Source: an uncultured candidate division Zixibacteria bacterium (GTDB lineage Bacteria; Zixibacteria; MSB-5A5; GN15; PGXB01). From it: a stretch of DNA of 64,000 bases. The DNA is taken from positions 64,001 through 128,000 of the forward strand of contig OY969724.1 in assembly GCA_963702205.1 (NCBI GenBank), written 5' to 3'. Each line of letters begins with the position of its first letter. Positions within the stretch are counted from its first letter, which is position 1. This document shows, piece after piece, positions 38,587 to 47,572 of this stretch. The position numbers were made by a program, and so were the translations under genes. The notes below the pieces were generated by a model. The model saw nothing but the letters and a program-made list of their open reading frames with translations. It was not told the origin of the DNA and did no database searches.

Positions 38587-39330
38587 ATGCCGAACAAAAG
38601 TAATCCACTGATGGATTCTCGTTTTTGCGAGTTTGAGCATCTTAAGATAGATGAACGTCTCGATCAATTCTCTGACCTCCTCAACACAAACAACGAAATC
38701 GAGATACGTAACCTTCTTGCAAATACTCTGCCCATATTGACGGAATCGACTAATGGGCAACACTATCTTGGAATATCCGAGTTCCGATTTGGTGCGAAGC
38801 ACACTGCGGATTTTGTACTTCTGTCTAGCATCAACGGTCCTGTATTAATAATGGTTAAACTTGGGCGTCCAAAAGATGTTCTTTTTACCAATAATGGGGA
38901 ACCTGAACAGGCTCTTAGTCTTGCAATAAGTCAAGTTGAGGACTGGATGGCCTGGATGCGAGAGAATCCTTCATTTTTGCGTCAGCACTTTTATTGTCGG
39001 GAATTCTACGAATGCGACTATTCATCGCCTCGTATTAAGACGCTGATTATCATCGGCAGACGCGGGGAGATGAGTCGAAGGGACATAGGGCTCTTACAGC
39101 AGATGAATTCTTATTATGATCGCTTGATACTAACTTATGATGCACTGATCGAAAGTACGATTCGCCTTACAAGATTTCGTCCTGGTATTCGCCTTCAGGG
39201 AAAGGCCTACTCACACAAAGATTTAATGCAGCTATGCGACACAATTGGATTCCAAAGTGTCATGAAATACCACATCCAACAATGGTATGGAGAAGATGCG
39301 GATGTCTTCCTTCCATGGTTAAAGGAATAA
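38587..39330 (+). CDS. Cassette gene: DUF4263 / Shedu-like nuclease domain protein
   Basis: EFRFG..ADF, P..LFT.NG....L..AISQVEDW..W, IIIGRR, LTYD.L. Confidence 0.75.
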   Translation: MPNKSNPLMDSRFCEFEHLKIDERLDQFSDLLNTNNEIEIRNLLANTLPILTESTNGQHYLGISEFRFGAKHTADFVLLSSINGPVLIMVKLGRPKDVLFTNNGEPEQALSLAISQVEDWMAWMRENPSFLRQHFYCREFYECDYSSPRIKTLIIIGRRGEMSRRDIGLLQQMNSYYDRLILTYDALIESTIRLTRFRPGIRLQGKAYSHKDLMQLCDTIGFQSVMKYHIQQWYGEDADVFLPWLKE

Positions 39331-39371
39331 TTCGTATAACTAAGTTAGTGGAAATAGGGGAAATAGGGGAC

Positions 39372-39494
39372 ACATAACCTCACCATCCACGGGATTCGCA
39401 GGGCCGGGTCGCTAAAGCTAAATCGAAGCTTGCTGTTAACGTGCCTTTAAAAAAGGCTTCGTTCCCCGTTCACTGCGGGGTTTGGGGGTTATCT
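39372..39494 (+). other. Degenerate attC site
   Basis: ACATAAC...TTCGCAG/CTGCGGG...GTTATCT; GTTATCTG complements CAGATAAC at 40093-40100. Confidence 0.55.
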
Positions 39495-39529
39495 GCATTT
39501 AAACTCATACTAAAAATTAGGAGAATTAA

Positions 39530-40099
39530 ATGGATTATAAAATCACTTCAAATACAGCTCTTATCATAATTGATGTGCAACAAGGTCTTGACGACCCAAA
39601 ATGGGGGCAAAGAAATAATCCTGATGCAGAAGCCAACATATCACGTTTGATCAGTTTTTGGAGGAATGAAAAACGTCCAGTTATTCATATTCAACATTGC
39701 TCTGTTGAGTTAAATTCTCCTCTTCGGCCTAATCAGCCCGGGGTAGAATTCAAACCAGAAGCTATGCCTATTGAGGGGGAACCAGTTTTTAAAAAATCAG
39801 TCCACAGCGCTTTCATAGGGACTAAACTCGAATCATATCTTCGTGATAACAGCATAGAAGAAATTGTCATTGTAGGCTTAACCACCGACCAGTGTGTTTC
39901 AACAACGACTCGTATGGCCGGCAATCTTGGCTTCAAAGTGTTGCTAGTCGCAGACGCAACCGCTACCTTCGACAGGCAGGGCCCTGATGGGAAAAAGTAT
40001 AAAGCGGAAGATATTTTTTCTGTTCATATTGCCAGTCTACATGGTGAGTTTTGCAATGTGGTTTCAACTGTTTCACTCACAACACCTAAAAACAGATAA
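39530..40099 (+). CDS. Cassette gene: isochorismatase-family cysteine hydrolase
   Basis: ALIIIDVQ, K...SAF.GT.L, GLTTDQCVSTT.R, DATATF. Confidence 0.92.
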   Translation: MDYKITSNTALIIIDVQQGLDDPKWGQRNNPDAEANISRLISFWRNEKRPVIHIQHCSVELNSPLRPNQPGVEFKPEAMPIEGEPVFKKSVHSAFIGTKLESYLRDNSIEEIVIVGLTTDQCVSTTTRMAGNLGFKVLLVADATATFDRQGPDGKKYKAEDIFSVHIASLHGEFCNVVSTVSLTTPKNR

Positions 40100-40155
40100 C
40101 GCATTCACACTGAGGGTACTCGCTACGCTCCTCCCACCGGTGATGCAGGTTATTA
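40094..40155 (+). other. Degenerate attC site
   Basis: AGATAAC GCATTCAC...GTGATGC AG GTTATTA, with shortened spacers. Confidence 0.6.
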
Positions 40156-40275
40156 TTTATATCTTTATTGTGGACTTGATGATTTTTAGCAGTGTGCAAT
40201 TCAAGTTAGGAAAGCAGGCTTAAAATAAATTATTGGTATTGAAGGTGTCCACTGTTTGAGTCTTGGATCGAAAGC

Positions 40276-40332
40276 GCCTAACTGCTGCTGATGACAGCGT
40301 AAAAACCACGCCCATGAGCCGAAACGTTGTGT
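40276..40332 (+). other. Degenerate attC site
   Basis: GCCTAAC...GCGT/ACGC...GTTGTGT. Confidence 0.5.
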
Positions 40333-40363
40333 GTCGATAATATCCGCTTGACTTGATATCATA

Positions 40364-40705
40364 ATGGAATATAAAGAATATTTTGGTAAAGTCGAATTTA
40401 GTGATGAGGCAAATATTTTTTATGGTGAAGTAATAAACTTGCGAGATGTCGTAGCCTTTCAAGGTGAAACAGTTACAAAATTACGCAAAGCTTTTCGTGA
40501 CTCTATTGACGATTTTCTTGATTTTTGTGCATCTCGCGGCGAAGAACCTGAAAAGCCATATTCTGGTAAATTCGTTGTACGTGTCGATCCTGAACTTCAT
40601 AAAACCATTTCTATCGAGGCAAAAAAGACTGGAAAAAGCATCAATGCATGGATCTCTGATAATCTATCCAAAATACTTCAAGAAAACACACAAGCATCGC
40701 ACTAA
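40364..40705 (+). CDS. hicB: HicB-family antitoxin (no hicA partner)
   Basis: MEYKEY.G.VEF, FQG.TV, SIDDFL, EPEKPYSGKFVVRVDPELH. Confidence 0.92.
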   Translation: MEYKEYFGKVEFSDEANIFYGEVINLRDVVAFQGETVTKLRKAFRDSIDDFLDFCASRGEEPEKPYSGKFVVRVDPELHKTISIEAKKTGKSINAWISDNLSKILQENTQASH

Positions 40706-40746
40706 CTCAGACAAGGCTTACCGCCCTTGCGGGTTATGCGTTGGGG
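40687..40746 (+). other. Degenerate attC site
   Basis: GCACTAACTC..CAAGG/CCTTG..GGGTTATGC GTTGGGG; inverse core eroded. Confidence 0.5.
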
Positions 40747-40774
40747 GGCGACCCGATCCAGACAGGGGTAGGCA

Positions 40775-41275
40775 ATGAATCCAAAAAAGAAGTATCAGGG
40801 CATTCATCTTTTCTTCAGTATTAGCGTAATTGTCAAAGGAATTGACGGCGCGCTCGAAATAATCGGCGGCATTCTGCTGTTCTTTGTCTCTCCAGATCAT
40901 ATCAGTGCCTTAATACGAGCCCTCATTCAGCACGAGTTAAGCGAAGACCCCAGAGATCTGGTTGCAACATATCTTCTCAATAGCACGCATAGTCTCACAA
41001 AAGGTGTTACAATGTTCGCAGCCGCGTATTTATTGTGGCATGGCTTGGTCAAAGCCGGTTTAGTGGCGGGTCTCCTGCTTAAGCGCCGCTGGGCTTACCC
41101 GGCGGCAATTGTAGCGTTTTTGCTATTTGTTATATATCAACTCTATCGATACATCCATACACATTCGCCTTTTCTCCTGGTGCTCTCTATTGCGGATGTG
41201 CTTGTGATCATACTTACGTTGGTAGAGTACAAACGTCTCAAAGCGATCCATGGATTTGCGAAAAAAACTGAATAA
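40775..41275 (+). CDS. Cassette gene: DUF2127-like membrane protein
   Basis: KGIDGALEIIGG, ELSEDPRD, YLLWHGLVK, WAYP, YQLYRY. Confidence 0.8.
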   Translation: MNPKKKYQGIHLFFSISVIVKGIDGALEIIGGILLFFVSPDHISALIRALIQHELSEDPRDLVATYLLNSTHSLTKGVTMFAAAYLLWHGLVKAGLVAGLLLKRRWAYPAAIVAFLLFVIYQLYRYIHTHSPFLLVLSIADVLVIILTLVEYKRLKAIHGFAKKTE

Positions 41276-41290
41276 CAGCAGTGGCCTTCC

Positions 41291-41365
41291 GCCCAACATC
41301 ATCGCTATGCACCTGATCTGCTACAGTCTGCGGCTTTCGCAGTCAGGTGATCGGGTGCGTTTTAA
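41291..41365 (+). other. Last attC of the array
   Basis: GCCCAAC...CACCTGATCTGC/GCAGTCAGGTG...GTTTTAA. Confidence 0.7.
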
Positions 41366-41397
41366 ATGGAAATAGAAAATATAAATAAATACCCGGA

Positions 41398-43422
41398 CTA
41401 TGATTTCTCTAATTCTTCCTTTATAGCCAGCCCTATCCTCTGTAATGTTAATGGTTTTTTAACAAACTGACCGGCACCTAATTTTTGGGTTGCCTCCACC
41501 TCAGATGTCTCAGCAAAACCGCTTATTATAAGAGCTTTTTGGCCGGGCTTAATCTTTGTTATTCTCTCATAGGTCTCCCGGCCATTTATTCCCGGCTCCA
41601 TAATCATATCAAGGAGGATTAAATCAACGCTGTTCTCCTTTATAAATTTTACGGCCTCCTCTCCGCCGGAAACCGGGCTTGCGCTGTAATCCAATTTCCT
41701 TAAGATGTTACAGATTATTTCTCTCTGGCTGTTCATATCATCAACAACCAGTATCTTCTCGCCTTTTCCTTTGATCTTTTCGATAGGTATGGACAAGGTC
41801 TTATCTAATACTTTTTTCCTTGTTGCAGGAAAATACAGCTCAAAGGTTGTACCATCCTTACCGCTTGTGACATTTATATATCCGTTATGCTCCTTTACTA
41901 CATTCCAGACGACAGCCAGACCCAAACCCGTACCACTTCTTCCCATTACTTTCTTTGAATAAAAGGGTTCAAATATCCTGTCGATGTCCACAGATGAAAT
42001 TCCCATACCATCGTCCGATACGGAGATCACTGCATATTCACCAACCTTTACGTCATCATAAAGCTTTAAAGGTCTATCTACATAGCGGTTCATGGTGGAC
42101 ACCGAAATATTTCCCCTGTTTTCAATGGCTTCCGATGCATTGGACACAAGGTTCATTACTGCTTTCCTGATATGAATATGGGAGCCGATTACATTCAATA
42201 AGGTGCTGTCAAGGTCGGTCTCAATAGAAACTTCCGGATGGTACTGCTCAAGTTTTTTAAACTCCGGAGATTGCAAATAATCGCTTATAATATCATTCAG
42301 GTTAAGAGGCTCTTTCGCTGAGACGATACCCCTTGCGATTGTCAACAGATCCTGGACAATAGCGACCGCCCTTTGGCCGGATTCTTCTATTATTCGAATT
42401 GGTTTTCTGAGAGTACTGTCTTCCGGTAACTCCATTAAAAGCAATTCAGGATAACTGACAATCCCGGCCAGTACATTATTCAAGTCATGGGCTACACCCC
42501 CGGCCAGAAGCCCCAGGGATTCCATTTTTTGTGATCGTATGAGATTTTCCCGAAGGCTCTTCTTTTCCTGCTCTGCTGTTTTTCGGTCGGAGATATCAAC
42601 CCACATAGATAATACATAACTTAGTTTTTCATCGTGATATATAGGCTTTATATTAATTTCAACCCAGGAGTATTCCCCGTTCTTCTTTCTGTAACGTCTT
42701 TCAGCCCTGTGAACGCCTTCTAATATATCTTTCTTTCTCTTCTCGACTGAACCGTACTCAGGTTCATCAATCCACCACGGGTACGGGGCTTTTAAACCAC
42801 GCACCTCTTTACCGGTAAAACCGGTAAGCTTTTCAAATAATGGATTAACATAAATTATTGTAGTGTCAGGACGGTAAACCAGTATCGCAGAAGGGGAGTT
42901 ATCAAGCAGGCTGGAATTAAATGAATTGCTCTCCTTTAATGCCCCTGCAATTCGTTTGTGCTCAGTGATGTTTCTGGTTATTTCTGTAAAACCTGTTACT
43001 TCTCCATCTTCTTTAATAGGGCAAAATATAGTCTCAAAATATTGATCATTCTCTTTATCATGGAATTCTGCTGTAAATCTCTCTCCATTTATTACCCTGT
43101 TTTGTAATGTGTCCCAGTATTCTATTACTTCAGGTCTTCCTGACAATTTATGCGGTTTCAAGCCAGGTTTTATTTCAATATTTAATAATTCTTCCCCTTT
43201 TTTTTTATAACTCTCATTGAAGGCCAGGGATACTCCTTCACTATCACAAATTAAAACGTAATCTTCAGTGTTTTGCGCAAATGCATTAAAGTATTTTTCG
43301 GTTTTCTCCAACTCACCAATTCTTTTAAGCAGCTTAATTTCTTTTTCTTCTTTTGCCTGGAGAAGCTTTTCAAGGTTTCTATTTTTTTCCTCTAAATCTT
43401 CATATTTTTGTTTTTTATCCAT
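41398..43422 (-). CDS. Cytoplasmic PAS hybrid histidine kinase / response regulator
   Basis: Two PAS domains, AGGVAHDLNNVL, FEPFYSKK, GTGLGL, receiver LLDMIM. Confidence 0.93.
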   Translation of the reverse strand: MDKKQKYEDLEEKNRNLEKLLQAKEEKEIKLLKRIGELEKTEKYFNAFAQNTEDYVLICDSEGVSLAFNESYKKKGEELLNIEIKPGLKPHKLSGRPEVIEYWDTLQNRVINGERFTAEFHDKENDQYFETIFCPIKEDGEVTGFTEITRNITEHKRIAGALKESNSFNSSLLDNSPSAILVYRPDTTIIYVNPLFEKLTGFTGKEVRGLKAPYPWWIDEPEYGSVEKRKKDILEGVHRAERRYRKKNGEYSWVEINIKPIYHDEKLSYVLSMWVDISDRKTAEQEKKSLRENLIRSQKMESLGLLAGGVAHDLNNVLAGIVSYPELLLMELPEDSTLRKPIRIIEESGQRAVAIVQDLLTIARGIVSAKEPLNLNDIISDYLQSPEFKKLEQYHPEVSIETDLDSTLLNVIGSHIHIRKAVMNLVSNASEAIENRGNISVSTMNRYVDRPLKLYDDVKVGEYAVISVSDDGMGISSVDIDRIFEPFYSKKVMGRSGTGLGLAVVWNVVKEHNGYINVTSGKDGTTFELYFPATRKKVLDKTLSIPIEKIKGKGEKILVVDDMNSQREIICNILRKLDYSASPVSGGEEAVKFIKENSVDLILLDMIMEPGINGRETYERITKIKPGQKALIISGFAETSEVEATQKLGAGQFVKKPLTLQRIGLAIKEELEKS

Positions 43423-43501
43423 TTTAAAACCTATTTAAATCTTATGTGGCTATGCGACTTACAATTTTATATACAGGCGATAAAGCGGTGGTCATAGCCT
43501 G

Positions 43502-43547
43502 AAAAAGTGAAAGGCCGATGGGAGGGGGGATCTCTTCGACCTTTCAC
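43502..43547 (-). terminator. Terminator-like hairpin upstream of the kinase gene
   Basis: Minus strand GTGAAAGGTCGA...TCGGCCTTTCAC followed by TTTTT. Confidence 0.5.
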
Positions 43548-43898
43548 ATGGTTCAACAGGCAAAATACTAATAAAGATATTAATTATTTTATCGGACAAT
43601 AGATTTATTTCTTTAAACAAAAAAAGCAGAATATGCGAATTCTCCATTTATAATGAAAAGTGAAGGCTTACAGCGCTGATCGAGAAATCTGCCACAGTCA
43701 GGAGCGGCGCAGGAGGACCGGGATGCGACTACCGGTGCGATACACCTTTTCCGGAAACCGGATATAATAATATTGCGACAGATGACTCAATGTGTTAATT
43801 TTAATTCTGTATTTTTCAATAAATAATATTAAAGTGTTTGTATGGTATAAGAAATCCTCAAACGGATAACCTCATATTAATCTGAAAATAATATAGAT

Positions 43899-45059
43899 AT
43901 GGCAAAAGATTTTTACGAAATACTCGGGGTAAAAAAAGAATCTACCCAGGATGAAATTAAAAAGGCATACAGAAAGCTTGCCCGAAAATGGCACCCGGAT
44001 ATTAATCCGGGAAACAAGGATGCCGAACAAAAGTTCAAGGATATCTCCGCAGCATACGATTGCCTTGGTAATGCGGAAAAGAGGAAACTCTATGACGAAT
44101 TCGGTGAAGACAGCCTGAACAGCGGGTTTGACGCCGGGAAGGCCCGGGAATACAAAAAATGGGGGGCATATCAAAAAGAGACGGGCAGTTCATCAACCGG
44201 GGGGGTTTCAGGCGAGGATTTTGGCAGATACCAGAGCTATGAAGATCTGTTCGGTGATCTTTTCAGCTCCCGCAGAGGAGGAGGCAGGGCAGGGTATGAT
44301 TATAGAAGCGGCATGGCCTCCAGCGGAAGGGATATGGAACATGAGATGACCATTGACCTTGTCTCCGGCCTTAAAGGTTTTGAAACGGATCTGTCAATGC
44401 AGACAATGAAGCCGTGCCAGGCCTGTAAAGGATCAGGTATCGATACCAGCGCCGGCATGAGCACCTGTCCGACCTGCGGAGGATCAGGCAGGCTCAATGT
44501 TGCAGATGGACCGATCAATTTCACCAAGCAGTGCCCAACGTGTAACGGACATGGCAGTACGGGCCGGCCATGCCCGAAGTGCGGCGGGCAGGGGCATACG
44601 CCATCCACTGAAACGATCAGGGTAACAATACCAAAGGGAGTAAAGGAAGGGAGCAAGGTCCGTGTTGCCGGAAAGGGTGAACCGGGATTAAACGGCGGGC
44701 AACCCGGAGACCTTTATTTGATCATACACATAAAACCTCACAGGTTCCTCAGGAGGGAAAATGATGATCTGCTCATTGAAGTCCCTGTAACTGTGAGTGA
44801 AGCCATTTCAGGAGGGACAATTTCCATTCCTACTATAGACGGTATGGTTAACCTTAAAATCCCGCCGGGCAGCCAGAGCGGTCAAACTTTAAGATTAAAG
44901 GGAAAAGGAGCAACTGACCCGAAGACAAAAAACAGAGGCGATATGATGGTCAAAATCATTGTAAAGGTGCCTCGGGCAGATGATCAGGAAGCTGTCGAGG
45001 CTGCAAAAAAACTGGATGAGTACTATAAAGAAGATGTAAGGGGAAATTTAAAATTATAA
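43899..45059 (+). CDS. dnaJ: DnaJ-family co-chaperone
   Basis: J-domain with HPD, CxxCxGxG repeats, C-terminal GDLY domain. Confidence 0.9.
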   Translation: MAKDFYEILGVKKESTQDEIKKAYRKLARKWHPDINPGNKDAEQKFKDISAAYDCLGNAEKRKLYDEFGEDSLNSGFDAGKAREYKKWGAYQKETGSSSTGGVSGEDFGRYQSYEDLFGDLFSSRRGGGRAGYDYRSGMASSGRDMEHEMTIDLVSGLKGFETDLSMQTMKPCQACKGSGIDTSAGMSTCPTCGGSGRLNVADGPINFTKQCPTCNGHGSTGRPCPKCGGQGHTPSTETIRVTIPKGVKEGSKVRVAGKGEPGLNGGQPGDLYLIIHIKPHRFLRRENDDLLIEVPVTVSEAISGGTISIPTIDGMVNLKIPPGSQSGQTLRLKGKGATDPKTKNRGDMMVKIIVKVPRADDQEAVEAAKKLDEYYKEDVRGNLKL

Positions 45060-45130
45060 CTTGGTGCACTACGGCTTCATACTGTAATGTATAATCCTCT
45101 TCAACAACCCGCCAAGAACAAAAAACATGT

Positions 45131-45247
45131 ATCTCGCAGAGCCCGCAGAGTTCACAGAGAAATACAAAAACTTTTATTGAGATTTTAAAAAGCTTTGCTC
45201 TGTGTTCTCTGTGAGCTCTAGCGATCGAAGGGAACGGGCGAGAGATA
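45131..45247. repeat. Intergenic palindromic CACAGAG-type repeat element
   Basis: CGCAGAG-CGCAGAG-CACAGAG facing CTCTGTG-CTCTGTG, ends ATCTC/GAGAT, between convergent genes. Confidence 0.5.
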
Positions 45248-45248
45248 T

Positions 45249-45557
45249 TTATTTCAGGCTTTCCTTTAATTGGCCGGCGAGGTCTTCCAGTATGTCATCA
45301 AACTGCTCCCGCATTTGAATCATGCTTTGCCTCATCCTTAATATAACCTCAACGCCCGGAAGATTTACCTCCATATCCTCCATGAGTATCTTGGCAAAGC
45401 GAAGCTTATCAAGTTCAACCGCTGAATAACGTTTGGTCGGGTAATCATCAAAACAATCAGGGCATACTATCTCCTCCTCTTCGAGGTACGAAATAGTGTC
45501 CTCATCCATATTGAATATCTCGGTTACTTCGGAAATTGTCCAGTATTCTTTTGTCAT
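45249..45557 (-). CDS. MerR-HTH / CbpM-like chaperone modulator
   Basis: YWTISEV, LRFAKILMEDMEVNLPGVEVIL; next to dnaJ. Confidence 0.8.
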   Translation of the reverse strand: MTKEYWTISEVTEIFNMDEDTISYLEEEEIVCPDCFDDYPTKRYSAVELDKLRFAKILMEDMEVNLPGVEVILRMRQSMIQMREQFDDILEDLAGQLKESLK

Positions 45558-45643
45558 GTGTGCCTGTTTGAGTTATATTTATCGAACAATATATTAAAAA
45601 ATCTGAAATAAAGCAATAAATCACAAAAAGAAAGGTAATAGAA

Positions 45644-46147
45644 ATGGGAGAAAAGACGGAAAAAAATCTTGGGAAGGCATTTGCCGCCGAATCCAAGGCA
45701 TCCCTGCGTAATGAAGCGTTTGCACTTAAAGCGGAAAAGGAGGAATACACGAATGCCGCGAAACTTTTCAAGGCAGTCGCCGATTCAGAATCAGTCCATG
45801 CCAACCGGTTTCTACTGCTGATGCGTGGAAAAATAGGGACAACAGAAGAAAACCTGAAAACGGCCTTTGAAAATGAAATCAGGGCAACGGCGAGCGAATA
45901 CCCCCAACTGATTCTGGACGCAGAAGAAGAACACGCAAACAATGCAGTAATGAAGGCATTTACCCAGACAAGGGATGTTGAGGAACGTCATGCCATGCTT
46001 TATAAAAGCATGATAAATGACATGCTGGAAGGCAGGGAAACTGACTATTACGTGTGCCAGATATGCGGTTATATAGCGAAAAACGAAATTCCTGAAAACT
46101 GCCCCGTGTGCGGTGCTGTCAAAAGCCGGTTTAAGGCTATTGCTTAA
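45644..46147 (+). CDS. rbr: Rubrerythrin
   Basis: AFAAES.A, E..HA twice, C-terminal CQICG...CPVCGA. Confidence 0.9.
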   Translation: MGEKTEKNLGKAFAAESKASLRNEAFALKAEKEEYTNAAKLFKAVADSESVHANRFLLLMRGKIGTTEENLKTAFENEIRATASEYPQLILDAEEEHANNAVMKAFTQTRDVEERHAMLYKSMINDMLEGRETDYYVCQICGYIAKNEIPENCPVCGAVKSRFKAIA

Positions 46148-46150
46148 AAG

Positions 46151-47470
46151 TCACCTGGACCATGCCCGTCGATAGATGTTATATAGTTTCTCCGGTTTTA
46201 TTTCCAGGTAGCACCCCAAAAAAATAGCAACATTGACAAATGTTGTTTTTAAAAAACCGTGCTTTTCCCATCTTCTGGCCGATGTCACCGCATTCTCCGG
46301 GATAGTCTTTATCTTCATGGATTTTTTAAGTCTTCGAATGAGAAAAATATCTTCGGCTACAGGGACATCCGGAAATGCTCCTGCCCTGATAAAATCCGCC
46401 CTTGAAATAAAAATAGCCTGGTCACCATAGGGCATATTAAAATACCGGGAGCGCAGATTTGCCATAAACTCGATAAATCTCATTTTTGCGTTATCCATAT
46501 CGGTTTTAAAGCGGAAGGCCCCGACTACGGGTCTTATATCCATGAGGGTTTCAAAAACAAGGTTGGGATAATTTTCCGGAACTATCGTATCGGCGTGCAA
46601 AAAAATAAGATTATTTCCACTGCTGGCTAATGTACCTGCATTCATTTGCAGGCTTCTTCCCTTTGGGCTTTTTACAATCTTCACACCAAGTTTTTCAGCC
46701 AGTCTGATTGATTTATCATTACTCCCTCCATCGACTGCTATAATTTCGGCGTCCTGGTTTGTTACCCTCTTAATGACCTTTTCAATCCTGGCCTCTTCAT
46801 TAAAAACAGGGATTATCACGGATACATAGGGATTTTTCCAGTCACCATGAGGGTTCCATTCGGCGAGATCGTCAACTGTATCAATATCATTGACCGGAGG
46901 AAGCATATAGACAGTAAGTTCTTCTTGCTCCGCGAGCTTAAGTGTCTGCATGAGTACTGTTTCTTTTCCCCATGATACCCCTTTAAAAATATCATACGGC
47001 TCTTTCATACCGATAAGCCAGTACCCGCCATCAGTTGCAGGTCCCAGGACAATATCCTTTTCATTCAAGGCATTGAAGGCCTTCTCAATATGACCTGAAA
47101 GTGGTCCGGGGATATCAGTACCGATGAGAACAGTCTTTTCACAGCCGTCATGTAATGATCTCTTAATAGCGGAGTACATCCGGCTACCCAGATCCCCATG
47201 AGTCTGTTCCGCATATAACAGGCTGCTGCCAAGCCATGTTTTCATCTGCCTGCTGCTTCCACCCGTAAAGCATATCTCGAGATCAATATTCCTTCTTTTC
47301 TTAACTGCCTTCCCTTCATCAACTATATTTTGTGCGAGTTTTCGGTGAACATCGGCAGCGCCGGTGGGTCCAAGATCAGGAATAAGCCTGGTTTTTGTCT
47401 CTCCCGGGACAGGGTAGCGTGTAAAAAAAATAAGTTTATCAGATATGGTTTTCTTTTTAGATGTCCCCAT
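46151..47470 (-). CDS. Fused DUF2064/TIGR04282-like transferase plus TIGR04283-like family-2 glycosyltransferase
   Basis: FTRYPVPGETKTRL, IGTDIP, LGPATDGGYWLIG; then VSVIIPVFNE, FLHADT, PYGDQA, TSARRW. Confidence 0.85.
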   Translation of the reverse strand: MGTSKKKTISDKLIFFTRYPVPGETKTRLIPDLGPTGAADVHRKLAQNIVDEGKAVKKRRNIDLEICFTGGSSRQMKTWLGSSLLYAEQTHGDLGSRMYSAIKRSLHDGCEKTVLIGTDIPGPLSGHIEKAFNALNEKDIVLGPATDGGYWLIGMKEPYDIFKGVSWGKETVLMQTLKLAEQEELTVYMLPPVNDIDTVDDLAEWNPHGDWKNPYVSVIIPVFNEEARIEKVIKRVTNQDAEIIAVDGGSNDKSIRLAEKLGVKIVKSPKGRSLQMNAGTLASSGNNLIFLHADTIVPENYPNLVFETLMDIRPVVGAFRFKTDMDNAKMRFIEFMANLRSRYFNMPYGDQAIFISRADFIRAGAFPDVPVAEDIFLIRRLKKSMKIKTIPENAVTSARRWEKHGFLKTTFVNVAIFLGCYLEIKPEKLYNIYRRAWSR

Positions 47471-47572
47471 GAATGTATTCTTAGGTCAGGAACTGTAATT
47501 GATTGGAAAATGAAGAAAATTGACGAAAGCGGGGTGAGGGGAATTTAATTTCCTTCACCCCCCTTGCATTAA

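Larger units (their letters stand above)
22282..41365 (+). mobile_element. Complete integron: intI, attI and an array of about 24 cassettes
   Basis: intI divergent from a run of short co-oriented AT-rich ORFs; cassettes bounded by GTT cores with matching reverse-complement AAC cores and palindromic attC sites. Confidence 0.96.
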
